Positions 1 through 11,531 of a stretch of 64,000 nt of DNA are shown here, piece after piece. The notes under the pieces were generated by a model. That model was not told the DNA's origin, ran no database searches, and was given only the letters and a program-made list of their open reading frames with translations. This DNA is from Antedon mediterranea. Lineage: Eukaryota > Animalia > Echinodermata. The stretch is taken from NCBI RefSeq assembly GCF_964355755.1, contig NC_092678.1, positions 16,101,881 through 16,165,880 on the forward strand, in the 5' to 3' direction. The first letter of the stretch is position 1, and every line of letters starts with the position of its first letter. A program made the position numbers and the translations under genes.

Positions 1-1422
1 ATTGTTTCTATTTTATTTTTCTTATTTTAAGCGCCCCCCTCCCCCTTCCCAAATACATTTTAATTTAATATACATCCACACACCGTACAGTTCCCATTTA
101 TTTTCTTTAAAAAAACTAGAATATGGCATTAACATGGTTTTTTTTGTTGATGTAGGCTATGTATTGTAATATTTAGTCTGCAAAGTATGGGATTCACTAG
201 AGTAATTAAGTTATGTGGCTATATTCATGGTCAAAATCTATACATAATTTGCCAGTCAATTCAATATTCCTCTTATTGTGTTTATGCCTATATGCCACTT
301 ATGAAGAAAAAAAAACACTATTTTGGTATGTAATTGCCTTATGTATATTGTTAACAGTTATATTTTGACCAATGAATTAATTGGTGAACTACTAATAAAA
401 CTGTTTTTTTTTTATTTAGAAGTAATTAGTAACCGAGGAATGATGTATTGAAAAGGTTCAACAAATGATTTAATGTTCATCTAGTTTTAAAGGTAAGCCC
501 ATTTTAAGATTTATGATTTAAAATTTAGAAAGCATGCTGTCCAAATGCACTAATTATTATGACAAACCTATAGATATTGTGCTATTGTTGTACTTCTAAT
601 GGGGTCATGGAAATACAATGGATCGATAAGGCGTTTTAACACCATTAGTAATTGTTGTATGTTCACGCCTTCAATAAAGGTATTACATCGATTTTGATAT
701 TGGTGGTCAGATTTTTTTGCATGTTGTTATTGTAAATTATTGCTGGAGACCCGAACCCACGATCTGTCGTTCATTAAAAAAACCACTGGACGTGAATTAC
801 ACTAAAGACTGGGAGCCCAATTGAATAAGGGGTACAGTACCTTATAGTCTGTATTGTTGTAACGATACTACAAATTATAGCTTCGCGTCAAGGAATTGAA
901 CTAATTGATAATAGAATTTCACTGAAAATTTAAATATTTTAATTCGTCGAATTGGTTTTTTTTTCATTTTGTGACCACACAAAAAAAGGATTCAACCAAA
1001 TTAAATGTGAGTATAATTAAAAGAAATCGTAACTTTATTATTACTAAACGATTAGCATGTTGTTTTTTTTTATAATAGTAGTTAATGACATTTTCTTGTA
1101 ATGTCTCATCAATAAATACATTATAAAATAGGACATTTTTCCGAATGTATCTATTTTTCACAATTCAATAACAGATAAATAAAATGAAATCATGTAAAAT
1201 ATTTTAATTCCATAGAATATTATGTACCCCATTTTGTAAATATAAATATATATAATTATATATAAATATGTTCTTTGTGGTATTTTAATGTATTTGTTGT
1301 ATTTTTTTATATTTATAAATATTTTTAACTTTATCTCTGATACCACTTTTTCTTCTATTTTATTCCGAAATGAATAAATATTTTCATTTTATACTTTACT
1401 TTTTTTTTAGTCATTATCAAAG

Positions 1423-3438
1423 ATGAGAAAAGCCCAGGCGTTGTTAAAATGCCGATCTAACAGCACCATATTGGCCTTTCTGTTGTTTGTCTCTGTCGTC
1501 TCTGTTGTCATTATGCTGGAGTTTGAACTTGCAGTGAATAAGAACAGCTGGCACAAGAATGTCATTGTGCCATTATGGGCTCATCATCGCCGGTAAGTTA
1601 TTTACATTTTTTCCTCCTAAATTTTATATTTGTATTGTCCACCAGAACAAAAAAAAAATTGTTTAGTTTTGTTGTTGAATGTGCCATTTTAATGTCACAT
1701 AATAAAAAAAAACGTCAAATTGGATCAATGGATTTGGAATACCCAGAACAATATACATACCTGTAGAATAATTCTGTCTACCTTAAGAAGGCCTACTCAA
1801 AATATTATCTAATATTTAATTAAACGAATGAAATAACATTCTATAGACTTAGAATAACATTATACAAATGGTAAAACGATTACTAATATCAAAACACATT
1901 TAAAATACCTTAAAGAATTTACTATACTGAATTAAAAAAATTCTCATGAATTTGGAATTAGAAATGTGAATTATAAGTGGCATTTCTTATAAACATTTAA
2001 TTAACAATCAATAAGTTTAAATTAATCTATATTTATTTATCCTGATTTGTTGAAAATATATGAAAGTTTATATTGTATCTATCAACATCAAATTAGAGTA
2101 CAAAGAATAGATAAATACAACCACCATCACAACATGTTTTTATGTGAATTGTGTTAATCAGATCTACTAATAATTCTAACTATAACTATAGACCTAGAAT
2201 CAGTATATTTATTTACTACTATTTTGTTTTTAAATTTCAGTGAAATCGATGGAAACAATGACTATGTGTATTACAGTAATAAAACCAATGGCAACATAAG
2301 TGTACCTTCACCAACACAAGCGAAATGTACTGAAGTCGATTACATTGTGTTTCTAAAAACACACAAGACAGCGAGCACAACTCTAGCCTCCATTCTCGAG
2401 CGATTTGGCTACATCAGAAATCTACTTTTTGCTGTTAGTAAAAGTGGACATATTTTTTCTCTTTCAAATTTGTTCAACCGCGACATGGTACCGTCGCTCT
2501 TCTCTCTAAACTCTAAACGTTTAAACACATCATCTAAGCAAACTGGATATCATCTACTTACTAACCACGTACGATACAACCGTCCAGAAATGGACGCTGT
2601 AATACACGATGCTAAGTACATTACGATCATTCGCGAACCTGTCGCAAATTTCGAATCAGCTTTTGGTTATTTTGAAATAGCTAAACATCTTGGATTAACA
2701 AGTCATAAGAATCCTATTGAAACTTTCATGAAAACGCCGAAGTTATTTCTCGACAAACATTTCTACCAGTGGAAAAGAGCTAAAAACGGCCAATTATTTG
2801 ACCTTGGCCTAGAGCATGACTCATTTGATGACTACTACACTGCCAAGTATAAGATTCGGCAGCTGGACTCTGAATTCGATTTAGTTCTTATTACTGAATA
2901 TTTTGATGAATCTTTGATATTGTTGAAGAAGTTGATGTGTTGGAGTTTTGAAGATATTCTCTACGTTTCGAACGGAATACGAAGCGCTAGTCATCGATAC
3001 GCCCTCAACGATGAACTTCGAGCCAAAATACGGGAATGGAATAGTGCTGACGTCATGTTGTATACACATTTTAATGAAACATTATGGAGAAAAATTAAAG
3101 AATATGAAGGAAATTTCGACAAAGATCTCATCGAGTTCCGATTACGGCAGCAGCAAGCTATGAACAAATGTATTGACGATGAACGACTTAACAAGAACGA
3201 CAGACGAGAAATTAAATATGTCTTAAAACCTAACATGACAAAGTCCATTTTCTGTCAAAATTTGCTAAGAGATGATGTAGCATATACTGATTTGATTAGA
3301 AACAAAATGAAGCAATATGGCCTGTATTTATCCTCCTCACCTAAGAAAAGTGTTCCCATTCTTCCGAGGGCACGAAAGCCACATTCTTCTTACAATCATT
3401 CGCGTCGTAGGCCTCAACGACATGTTAGAAAAACTTAA
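1423..3438 (+). CDS. GAL3ST: Galactose-3-O-sulfotransferase, copy A; exons 1423-1592 and 2241-3438 (455 aa, type II Golgi membrane protein)
   Basis: Exon 1 MRKAQ...ILAFLLFVSVVSVVIML (signal anchor) ends CG|GTAAGT; acceptor TTTCAG at 2240 joins in phase 2 to the long ORF; PAPS motifs FLKTHKTASTT and IIREPVANFESAF; EYFDESLILLK family motif. Confidence 0.93.
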
Positions 3439-4995
3439 AATATGTATTTGTTAAAATTGTAGTAGTATGCCATTATCTATCAACACACTTGAGTTGTTAG
3501 AGGACGGTAATTTTAATGCAAACTTTTCTTCACATTAACGTGTTTCTGACACTCTCTTGACGATGACTATCCAAAAATAAACTCGAACAAGGATTATTGA
3601 GTTACCAGGTAATTAGTGATTGTTACGCAATCAATTCTATCAAGAATAATTTCATAAATTTCCATTTTACTTTGTAAAATCGATATGCTGGTAATATTCG
3701 TCAACATCAATTAACTAGTTAATCGGTGAATGTTCAAGGTAATTTGGAAAAGTCCGTTGATCTCTGTTTTTAAAATGATCAATAACTATCAGATTCCTAC
3801 AATTTTTTAAAAAAGATTAGTTAGTTAAAAGTTAAATATGGAGAGTGTTAATCTGTCTGTGTTTCGCTATTGTACAATATTACGATAATGATGATGATAA
3901 TCTCAATTAATAACGTAACTATGGTATATAATGTTGCATCATGTTTTGTAAATTGACTTATAATAATTAATTGTTATAGTATATGTTGTGAAACGTTGGG
4001 TGTTTTCACAAATTATAATAATAAAAAAAAGATGTACAGTTTTAAATAGTCTACTGTGTTTCGACTTAATATTTAAAAACTATTGAAGCCACTAAGGATA
4101 GATTTAAAGAGAATGCTTCCATTTATTAAGCTATTCCCCCAAGGCCTCTTTGTTAAACTTCCATCTGAAGTTTTCAAGAGACATCCACCAAGTACCAAAT
4201 GAGTAAGTATTTTTTGTCACATTATCTTCTTTGGGATTTGGCAGTCCACACGGTGGTTTCGATTATAATAACTATGGACATAAATTGTGTTTTCAACGCG
4301 CTTTTATTTTTTACGCTAACCAAAGCCTTTGTTGTTAAGGTTTTGCTGCACGTTTGACTGAACGCGAGAGCCAAGAGAACATCGCAGAGATAGCGATAAT
4401 TACTAAGCTAGTAAATTAAACGTTACAATCATAATATAAAATTTTAACAACAAATATTAATAATTGCAAGTAAATATACTAGTTTTACAACAAGCAATGA
4501 AGTAATACTTCAAATTCTGCAATATTAATTCAGTTATTGGTAAAAATAGTACGATAGTTTTAACGATCGTATTCGATAGATATAATTGTAAATAATTAAA
4601 TATCGCCCTCAAAAAAAGCGCAAAGTACCTTGCACTCATCGTCTGATATCTGTCGAACGTAGTCACTTCACCGAAAACTGACTGTTCAACGATCATTTTC
4701 AATATTTATTCTTTCACCGTTTAAGTTTTCGTTTTGACGTAAAAACTGGTTAGATCTCCACACACCTGGAAAATAAGACTACTTTTTAAACTATAATGAC
4801 ATTTGATGTGAGTATTTTGGCATATTAAGATGCCTAGCCAGAGAGGGATACACTGAACTACCTGTATAATTCATAGAACGTTATTTACATTATCATTTTA
4901 CTGTATTTCATTGTATTATTTGTGTTGTGTAAATAAATTTCTGATTACAAAAATTACATAATTAATTAGGCATAGGCCTACGAATAATACTAATT

Positions 4996-5825
4996 ATGGA
5001 TTTCCTTTCTGAATCTTTATTAAATATTTGTAGAATTTGAATAAAATTCAAAATTTCTGACCGAAAATATGAACTTAAAAGCATCAAAACACAAACTTTA
5101 AATTTTCTAAACATTAAAATTGTTGAAGAAGATAAAAATGTTCATCCATCATATGTTTGTCATACTTGTCAATCAGCTGCATACAAACAAACGACATTAA
5201 TTACACCTTACATCTGGAGACAACACGATGATTTACATTGCACAGCTTGTTATCTTTATGAATATCAACAGAAACAAGGTCACAGGATAAAATTCAATAA
5301 AACAACTTTCATGCAATATTTAAAATTCAATTCATTAACTGAGCAATTCACCCTTTATGACCAATCAGCACTGTCTTTGTTTCAATGTTCTATTGTAAAC
5401 ATATTCTGTCGCTTGATAATGTAGAAACTCCGTGTTCCCACCATTTTTGTATGTACTGTCTCTGTCAATTTTCTGTACTCTTCGACTACGTAAATTTCCA
5501 TGTTTTGCCTGTGCGTCACCGATAACATTTGAACGTGACATGAAAAAACCATCATTACTAGTAGGCCTACAACAATCTTTGCAAACGGTTGAATTGCAAT
5601 TTCGGTTGTGTAGAAAATGTCTGAAGTATAACGAGTGCAGTCAGCATAAATGCACAACAGAGGCTGAGCAACGGTATAATGCTGTAACCAATTCAATTAA
5701 GACCATAAACAAGGAAATTGTTGACGATAAGATACCCGAACCTTTCCAGCAAGGAAGTTGGTATACAAATTACTAAAACAAACAAAAGAAATTGAGTTAC
5801 CAACAAATGGAAGAGAAGGCCTGGG
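4996..5825 (+). pseudogene. Decayed transposase N-terminus homologous to the RAG1 non-core region (Zn-binding/Chapa domain + C3HC4 RING); catalytic core absent
   Basis: Manual translation: NICRI*...DKNVHPSYVCHTC...WRQHDDLHCTAC; after a frameshift near 5394, QCSICKHILSLDNVETPCSHHFCMYCL; after a second frameshift, FPCFAC...CRKC...HKC. One stop (5038-5040) and at least 3 frameshifts. Confidence 0.85.
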
Positions 5826-6107
5826 TGAGTTATTTTTTTTAGAAAGCCAACATTTTTCACAAAACCACTGTACCAAAGTCCAGAGATTTTATTGAATAAT
5901 GGGCAAATCAAATTAACCTAAATATTATAATATAATAGTATATATATTTTAGACATTATTTTTAAAAACTGACCATCAATTTCAACTACTCACCATGGCT
6001 TCAAAGAAACACGCGTTCTTGCTCGCCATCCCATAATAAGATAAAATAACCGCTCATTTAACATGTTCTCATGAATATTCATATTTTTTTCGTTTTTGAG
6101 GCTCTAA

Positions 6108-6987
6108 TATGGAACGCCGTTTACGCAACATTTCAATGATATGAATTTTATGACGCGATATGTGAATGAAATGCATCGATATGAATTGAATGGTGCGATA
6201 TATGAATGAAATGTTTTGAATTGAATGCTTTGAATTGAATGTTTTGAATGAAATGTTTTGAATGAAATGTTTTGAATGAAATGTTTTGAATAAATTGTTT
6301 TGAATGCAATGTTTTTAATGAAATGTTTTGAATGAAATGTTTTGAATGAAATGTTTTAAATGAAATGTTTTGAATGAAATGTGTGAATTGAATTGAAAAG
6401 TCAAACTATTGATGGCGTATGTCATTCCCGCTCGCGATTTTTTTTCTCAACCTCTTAGGCCTAAGCGTGGGTACCCTCATCTCCTTTCCACGCTGCCTTT
6501 ACAGAGAATCCTAACAGACCTGGGTTCGGAAATATGTATTCCAATGTTTCAGGTCTGTTAGGATTCTCTGTAAAGGATCCATATTGATGACAGCGTGGAA
6601 AGGAGATGAGGGTACCCAGGCCTAGGCCTAAGAGGTTAAAACAAAATCGCGAGCGGGAATGACATACGCCGCCAATAGTTTGACTTTTCAATTCAATTCA
6701 AACATTTCATTCAAAACATTTCATTCAAAACATTTCATTCAAAACATTTCGTTCAAAACATTTCATTCAAAACATTTTATTCAAAACATTCAATTCAAAA
6801 TATTTCATTCAAAACATTTCATTCAAAACATTTCATTCAAAACATTCAATTCAAAGCATTCAATTCAAAACATTTCATTCATATCTCGCGCCATTCAATT
6901 CATATCGATGCATTTCATTCACATATCGGGCACATATCGCGTCATAAAATTCATATCATCAAAATGTTGCGTAAACGGCGTTCCATA
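6108..6987. mobile_element. Foldback (fully palindromic) MITE nested in the RAG1-like transposon
   Basis: Arms TATGGAACGCCGTTTACGCAACATTT... are reverse complements to a centre near 6540; each arm has a 15-bp array (GAATGAAATGTTTT-type); CTCTAA duplicated at 6102-6107 and 6988-6993. Confidence 0.88.
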
Positions 6988-7411
6988 CTCTAATTCGTTA
7001 ATTGTATAGGTCACTCACAAAATCCAAGAAAAAAACGTGGCTTCCGGGTATACATTTAGTGCGCCCTCTCTGGTTAGTTTATGGAAAATATTAGATTAAA
7101 ATTATAGAGGGTGTATGACTTTTTGTCAATAACGAAACCACCGTGTCCACTGCATGACACATCACTCATAAAGTTCTCAATATGCTTCTATATTTTGCCA
7201 TTTCTCTAGCTCGGTCTCTTTTCATTTTCCCTATCCTTAGTTGCCAATCTGCTTGTCAATGTATTATCCACATATGTTTAATCTATATGAAACACAAACA
7301 GTTTCCCCACTGCAGTACGCCGCTGTGTGACATCCGATTCGTCTGTATGTTGCTACTGAGATGTTCATGGGCTATATGAAAAGTTCTTAAACAAAATATA
7401 ACTGATTTATG

Positions 7412-8028
7412 AAAATGTACAGCACTAGGTGCATACTTAGTGAAAATGAATTTTTCTATGCAAACAATCCTACAACTGGCAATCTATGGATATAGGCTTA
7501 TCAAAGCGAGACTGATTTCACATGGGTATCGACAGAATGCAGTAAATATAAAAGTACATAAATACCTGGAAATATCTAATAAAATATATGTTCAGACATG
7601 TTTAGAACATGGAGGTATTTACCTCCATGTTTAGAACTTATACTCTTATTTTTCAAACTGTTTAAAGTAGCAGCGCAAACCAAAATTACGTTTTGTGTGA
7701 ACGCGTTTATTATTAGTGTGTTTAAAATCGGGATGAAAAAACGGGAGTAATTCGAGTTATCCCATTCAATGTTTTAGACATAATCAATTGAATTATCTTA
7801 TATTTTAATACAGTTTTCTTTGTAATTTACTTGTAGTTCTGTAGTAAGTAAAGTGTGGTTTGTGTATTATAGGTTATTAATTTCTTTTGTTGTTTATGCA
7901 GATAAATGAGAACCAAATGATCATAAACCCGGTGAAGGTGAAGACTGTGTTGAGGTTGAAAATACGAAATCAACAGACACATGGAATGATGGCCCTTGTT
8001 ATAGGTTAAACGCATATGTGTGTGAAAT
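7412..8028 (+). pseudogene. C-type lectin pseudogene (remnants of two CTL exons)
   Basis: 7412-7555 and 7902-8028 align to lectin exons 55982-56148 and 56484-56618 with several frame-breaking deletions; signal-peptide exon missing. Confidence 0.85.
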
Positions 8029-8196
8029 AAGTAAGCGGATATATCAACTATTAAAGATGTATTGTCCCCCAAAAATATGAAAAATTAAGATTAATTAAAT
8101 AAGACTTTGAATAGGTTATTTTGTAGTTTTAATAAAGTTAATCACTTCAGTAGAACAAAAATGGGGTAAACAATGTTTTCACTTATAAAAGTGACA

Positions 8197-9274
8197 ATGA
8201 TTTCGGCAGCACTTGGTCCTTTGAAGGAAAGAAACGGTTCATCTCGTCAGGCTATTGCTAATGTAATATAATGTGTGGAGGTTTTACTGTATTAAAGTAT
8301 CGCTTGGTTGATTGAATGTCACAGTTGTTTATTCAATAATACGTTATAATACACCATCAATACAATATATAAATACAGAAAAAGGAACAAAGTATAAGAG
8401 TGATGCAGCTGTAAGTGAGGTGTGGCTGTAGATGTGCTTCTGAAGAAGTATCGGTAAGGTGTGTGCTCCAAGAAGTGTATGTGAGGTGTATATCGGCTTC
8501 AGTTAATTAGCATATGTCATCATCATCTCTTAGGTCAATGATTGGTCATAAGTTGGTCCAGGGCCTTTCTGGAGGGATTGATTAATTGTATATTAAGGTA
8601 TTTCAATGATGGATATCATTGTCAAATATGTACTTAAATAGTGTCAATCTCTATTGGTTCAACAATGGGAAAGTTCATAAAGTTAAGCAAAGTGTTTTCA
8701 TTAGGGATTTAATATATGGAGTAAATGTTTAAAACATCTGGACTGGACCTTCTGTGGAAAATTCATGAACTCAATTGAATTGTAATACAAAGGTTGATTT
8801 CGCAATTATAAATTTATATCATTACATTACACTAAGTACATTTTTGCCAACTACAAAGTCGATGCCAACATAAAAAAAACCTATCTCCGTATGGCGTTGA
8901 AACGCGGAGTCGAGAGCAACAAACTAGTCCAAACCGAAGGTACTAGAGCCAGTGGTTTATTCAAGCTAAATCAGACTGCAGCAAAAGTTGATGCGGCTGC
9001 AAAGGCAAAGAAGGAACAGCTAAGAATAAGGCAGTTGACCAAAAAGACCAAAAAAACAGCTGCAAAGAAGGCAAAGAAACCAGCTACCAAGTCACTTAAA
9101 GAAGTCGGAAAAAAGAAGCCATCTTTTAAGCCTAAAAAGGCTAAATCTCCTGCAAAGAAGCCAAAGACCAAGAAGGCCAAAAATCCGAAAGCTAAAAAAG
9201 GCTTCAATATCACCAAAGAAGGCAGCTGCAAAGAATTAAAATATTTACGACCAAAAACCAAACGGCTCTTTTAG
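8197..9274 (+). pseudogene. H1: Histone H1 orphon/pseudogene, 5'-truncated and split by a solo LTR
   Basis: MISAALGPLKERNGSSRQAIA (8197-8259) resumes at 8832 as KYIFANYKVDANIKKTYLRMALKRGVESNKLVQTEGTRASGLFKL, then a K/A/P-rich tail. Confidence 0.9.
8262..8831 (-). mobile_element. Solo LTR (570 bp)
   Basis: TGTAAT...ATTACA termini; 4-bp TSD CTAA (8258-8261, 8832-8835); AATAAA on the minus strand near the left end; removal restores the H1 frame. Confidence 0.85.
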
Positions 9275-9296
9275 AGCCACCAAATATCCTAAAGAG
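9264..9296 (+). terminator. Histone 3' stem-loop and purine-rich downstream element
   Basis: GGCTCTTTTAGAGCC-ACCA (one base shorter than canonical) followed by AAAGAG. Confidence 0.85.
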
Positions 9297-10382
9297 ATTT
9301 GATCGCTTTCACGTATATCCTTTACTGAAATAATAAAATGTTATGAATGCATAAAAAGATGATTTGGATATACGCCACATTTGTTTTATAATCCATTTAT
9401 GAAACATTACAAATAGTGCAATATTTTATAATAATTTGCTTTTTTTTTTAAATGGCAAAGAAAAAGTTATTATACACATGAACATAATACAGTATCACAG
9501 TTATGGATATAAAAGATGATTCCTTATATTAATATAGCATACTAATTTAAACATCATTGCTTATCAAAGAAAATAATTATAATTCTATTGTTGAAGGAGG
9601 TGGAAATGAATCAATTCATCTTCAATTTTTACTATCTTGAGATGCTTTGATTGAGTACATGCCACTAATTAAATGCAACTGGTGTTGATTATCAATTAAA
9701 TAGAATCGCTCCCGATTTCCCCTTTTGATATCTACGTTGTTTTTAGGTTCGATTGGATAGCTATTCCTTTCACCTTATACAGACGGGTATAATGTAATTG
9801 TAAATTACTGCATACATAAACGGTATATTTATTATAATTTATAAATAATGTCCATGTTACAAATGTTTCAACCTTTGATTTCGACGAATGAAAAGTTAAA
9901 TCTACTGAAGTGAATGAATAAAGGTTGAATTGGTTAACTAATATTTTTATATAACACAATATAAAACAAACGACGGTAAAGTGAGTCAACACATTTTATG
10001 ATTCAATATTTCGAACTTTCTTTGTTCAACTTCAGGAATGCATGACAAAGAAAAACCAACTTTTATTTCTCACAAAAATACAAAATCAATTGCTTTTATT
10101 GTTTACCATATCACATTTGATCATCCTCCTAGGCCTACTCCTAGTCAATTATGGTTATTGATTATTCGAATTACGTAATTAGTTTAGTAGCTCATCTACC
10201 TTTTTAGCAGGGCATAATGAATATCGTAGCTAGGCTAGGCCTACTAGCGTGAAATCAACCAATTATTTGGGTGGTACGAGGCGGTACGAGGGGGTGGTGT
10301 ATAGGAAGTTAAGTACGAGTTGGCGTAGGTACGAGTCGACCAGGGTAAACCCACTAGCCCTACTAGAGCATAGACTATAGTC

Positions 10383-11438
10383 CGGGTGTCACGAAACCTA
10401 AGACCACGAAAGCTAAGACCCCCTAAGACCTAAGATCACGAAAGCTAAGACCCAAGACCTAAGATTACAAATACAAAGATATACTACAGCTTAAAAACAA
10501 TACTTGTTTATCCATAAATAATTTTAAACATAGTAGGTTTCATTTATTACCATAAATAAAATTAAATACTACCGCAAAACATAGATAAACTCACGTTATT
10601 TTCGCCCGTTGAGTAAATGTATATTTTTTCTTTACAACAAACAAACTTGACGGGTTGTTTGTTGGTATATATTTACTCCAACTGTGTTGGTTCAGAGAAT
10701 GTTTTTCTTTCGCACCTGCCTTTCTTGTATTTTGACTCCAAATTTGTTGACTTTATCCTGAATACCACACTTTAAAATTAGGACTTATAAGTACTTTCAG
10801 AAGGAGAAACACATAAAAACAAATAAATAAATCCTTTAAATTGATGATTTTACAGACGTGTTTCGTTGTACACTGTAACTCCTCCCATGCTCAATGTTTT
10901 TGTTTCTATGGAGCGCCAAAAGAGCAACAATAATAGAACAAGTATAAAAACAGAAAGAAAACGAAAACAAAAACAAAAAAAAACTTATTATCATGATTTT
11001 TAAACTAAAATTTATTTGCGAGTATTTATTTCTTCGTACTAGCATGATTATACTATTATCATTACAATTTTAATTTTACATTGTTCCATCCACACTGTAG
11101 ATGGACTCCACAGAATTTTCAGCCCTCTATATAATTTTTGCTCTTTTGACGTTCCATAGAAACAAAAACATTGAACATTGGGTAGACCTACTGTACTGTA
11201 GGCTAGTCATGCAAAATTCGCAAACAGTATGTGTGCGAGAAAAACATCTGTAAAATCATCAATTTAAAAATGTATTTGTTACTTTTTATGTGATTCTTTT
11301 TCATAAAAGTGCTAATTCTAAGGTGTGGTATTCAGAATAAAAGTAGGGAGTTAAAATTCAAGGCAGGTGCGAAAGATAAATATTGTAATCTTAGGTCTTG
11401 GGTCTTAGCTTTCGTGGTCTTAGGTTTCGTGACACCCG
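10383..11438. mobile_element. MITE with 8-bp TSD
   Basis: TIR CGGGTGTCACGAAACCTAAGACCACGAAAGCTAAGACCC; TSD CTATAGTC at 10375-10382 and 11439-11446; the opposite foldback arm (~14210) has the empty site. Confidence 0.88.
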
Positions 11439-11531
11439 CTATAGTCCTGCGAGAATGGGAAATCTGGCCTAGATAGGCATAGGCCTACATTAGGTACGCC
11501 GCAAAAAAAGCTATGCTATGAGCATAAAAAG

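Larger units (their letters stand above)
4249..7145 (+). mobile_element. Non-autonomous Chapaev/N-RAG-TP-like DNA transposon with RSS-like ends
   Basis: 13-bp perfect TIR CACGGTGGTTTCG (4249-4261 / 7133-7145); TCCA duplicated at 4245-4248 and 7146-7149; the paralogous site at 51391-51405 is empty (GGCAGTCCACTGCA). Confidence 0.9.

Noticed and set aside
2881-3248. Short overlapping/antisense ORFs conserved in both GAL3ST copies (also 50027-50394)
   Set aside because: Conservation is explained by the high nucleotide identity of the duplicated coding exon.
4249-7145. Complete ProtoRAG/RAG1-RAG2 transposon
   Set aside because: No RAG1 core or RAG2-like ORF is visible, and the TSD reads as 4 bp (5 bp would require a 1-nt loss).
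8971-9261. Hydrophobic membrane-like ORF
   Set aside because: Antisense shadow of the Lys-rich H1 tail.
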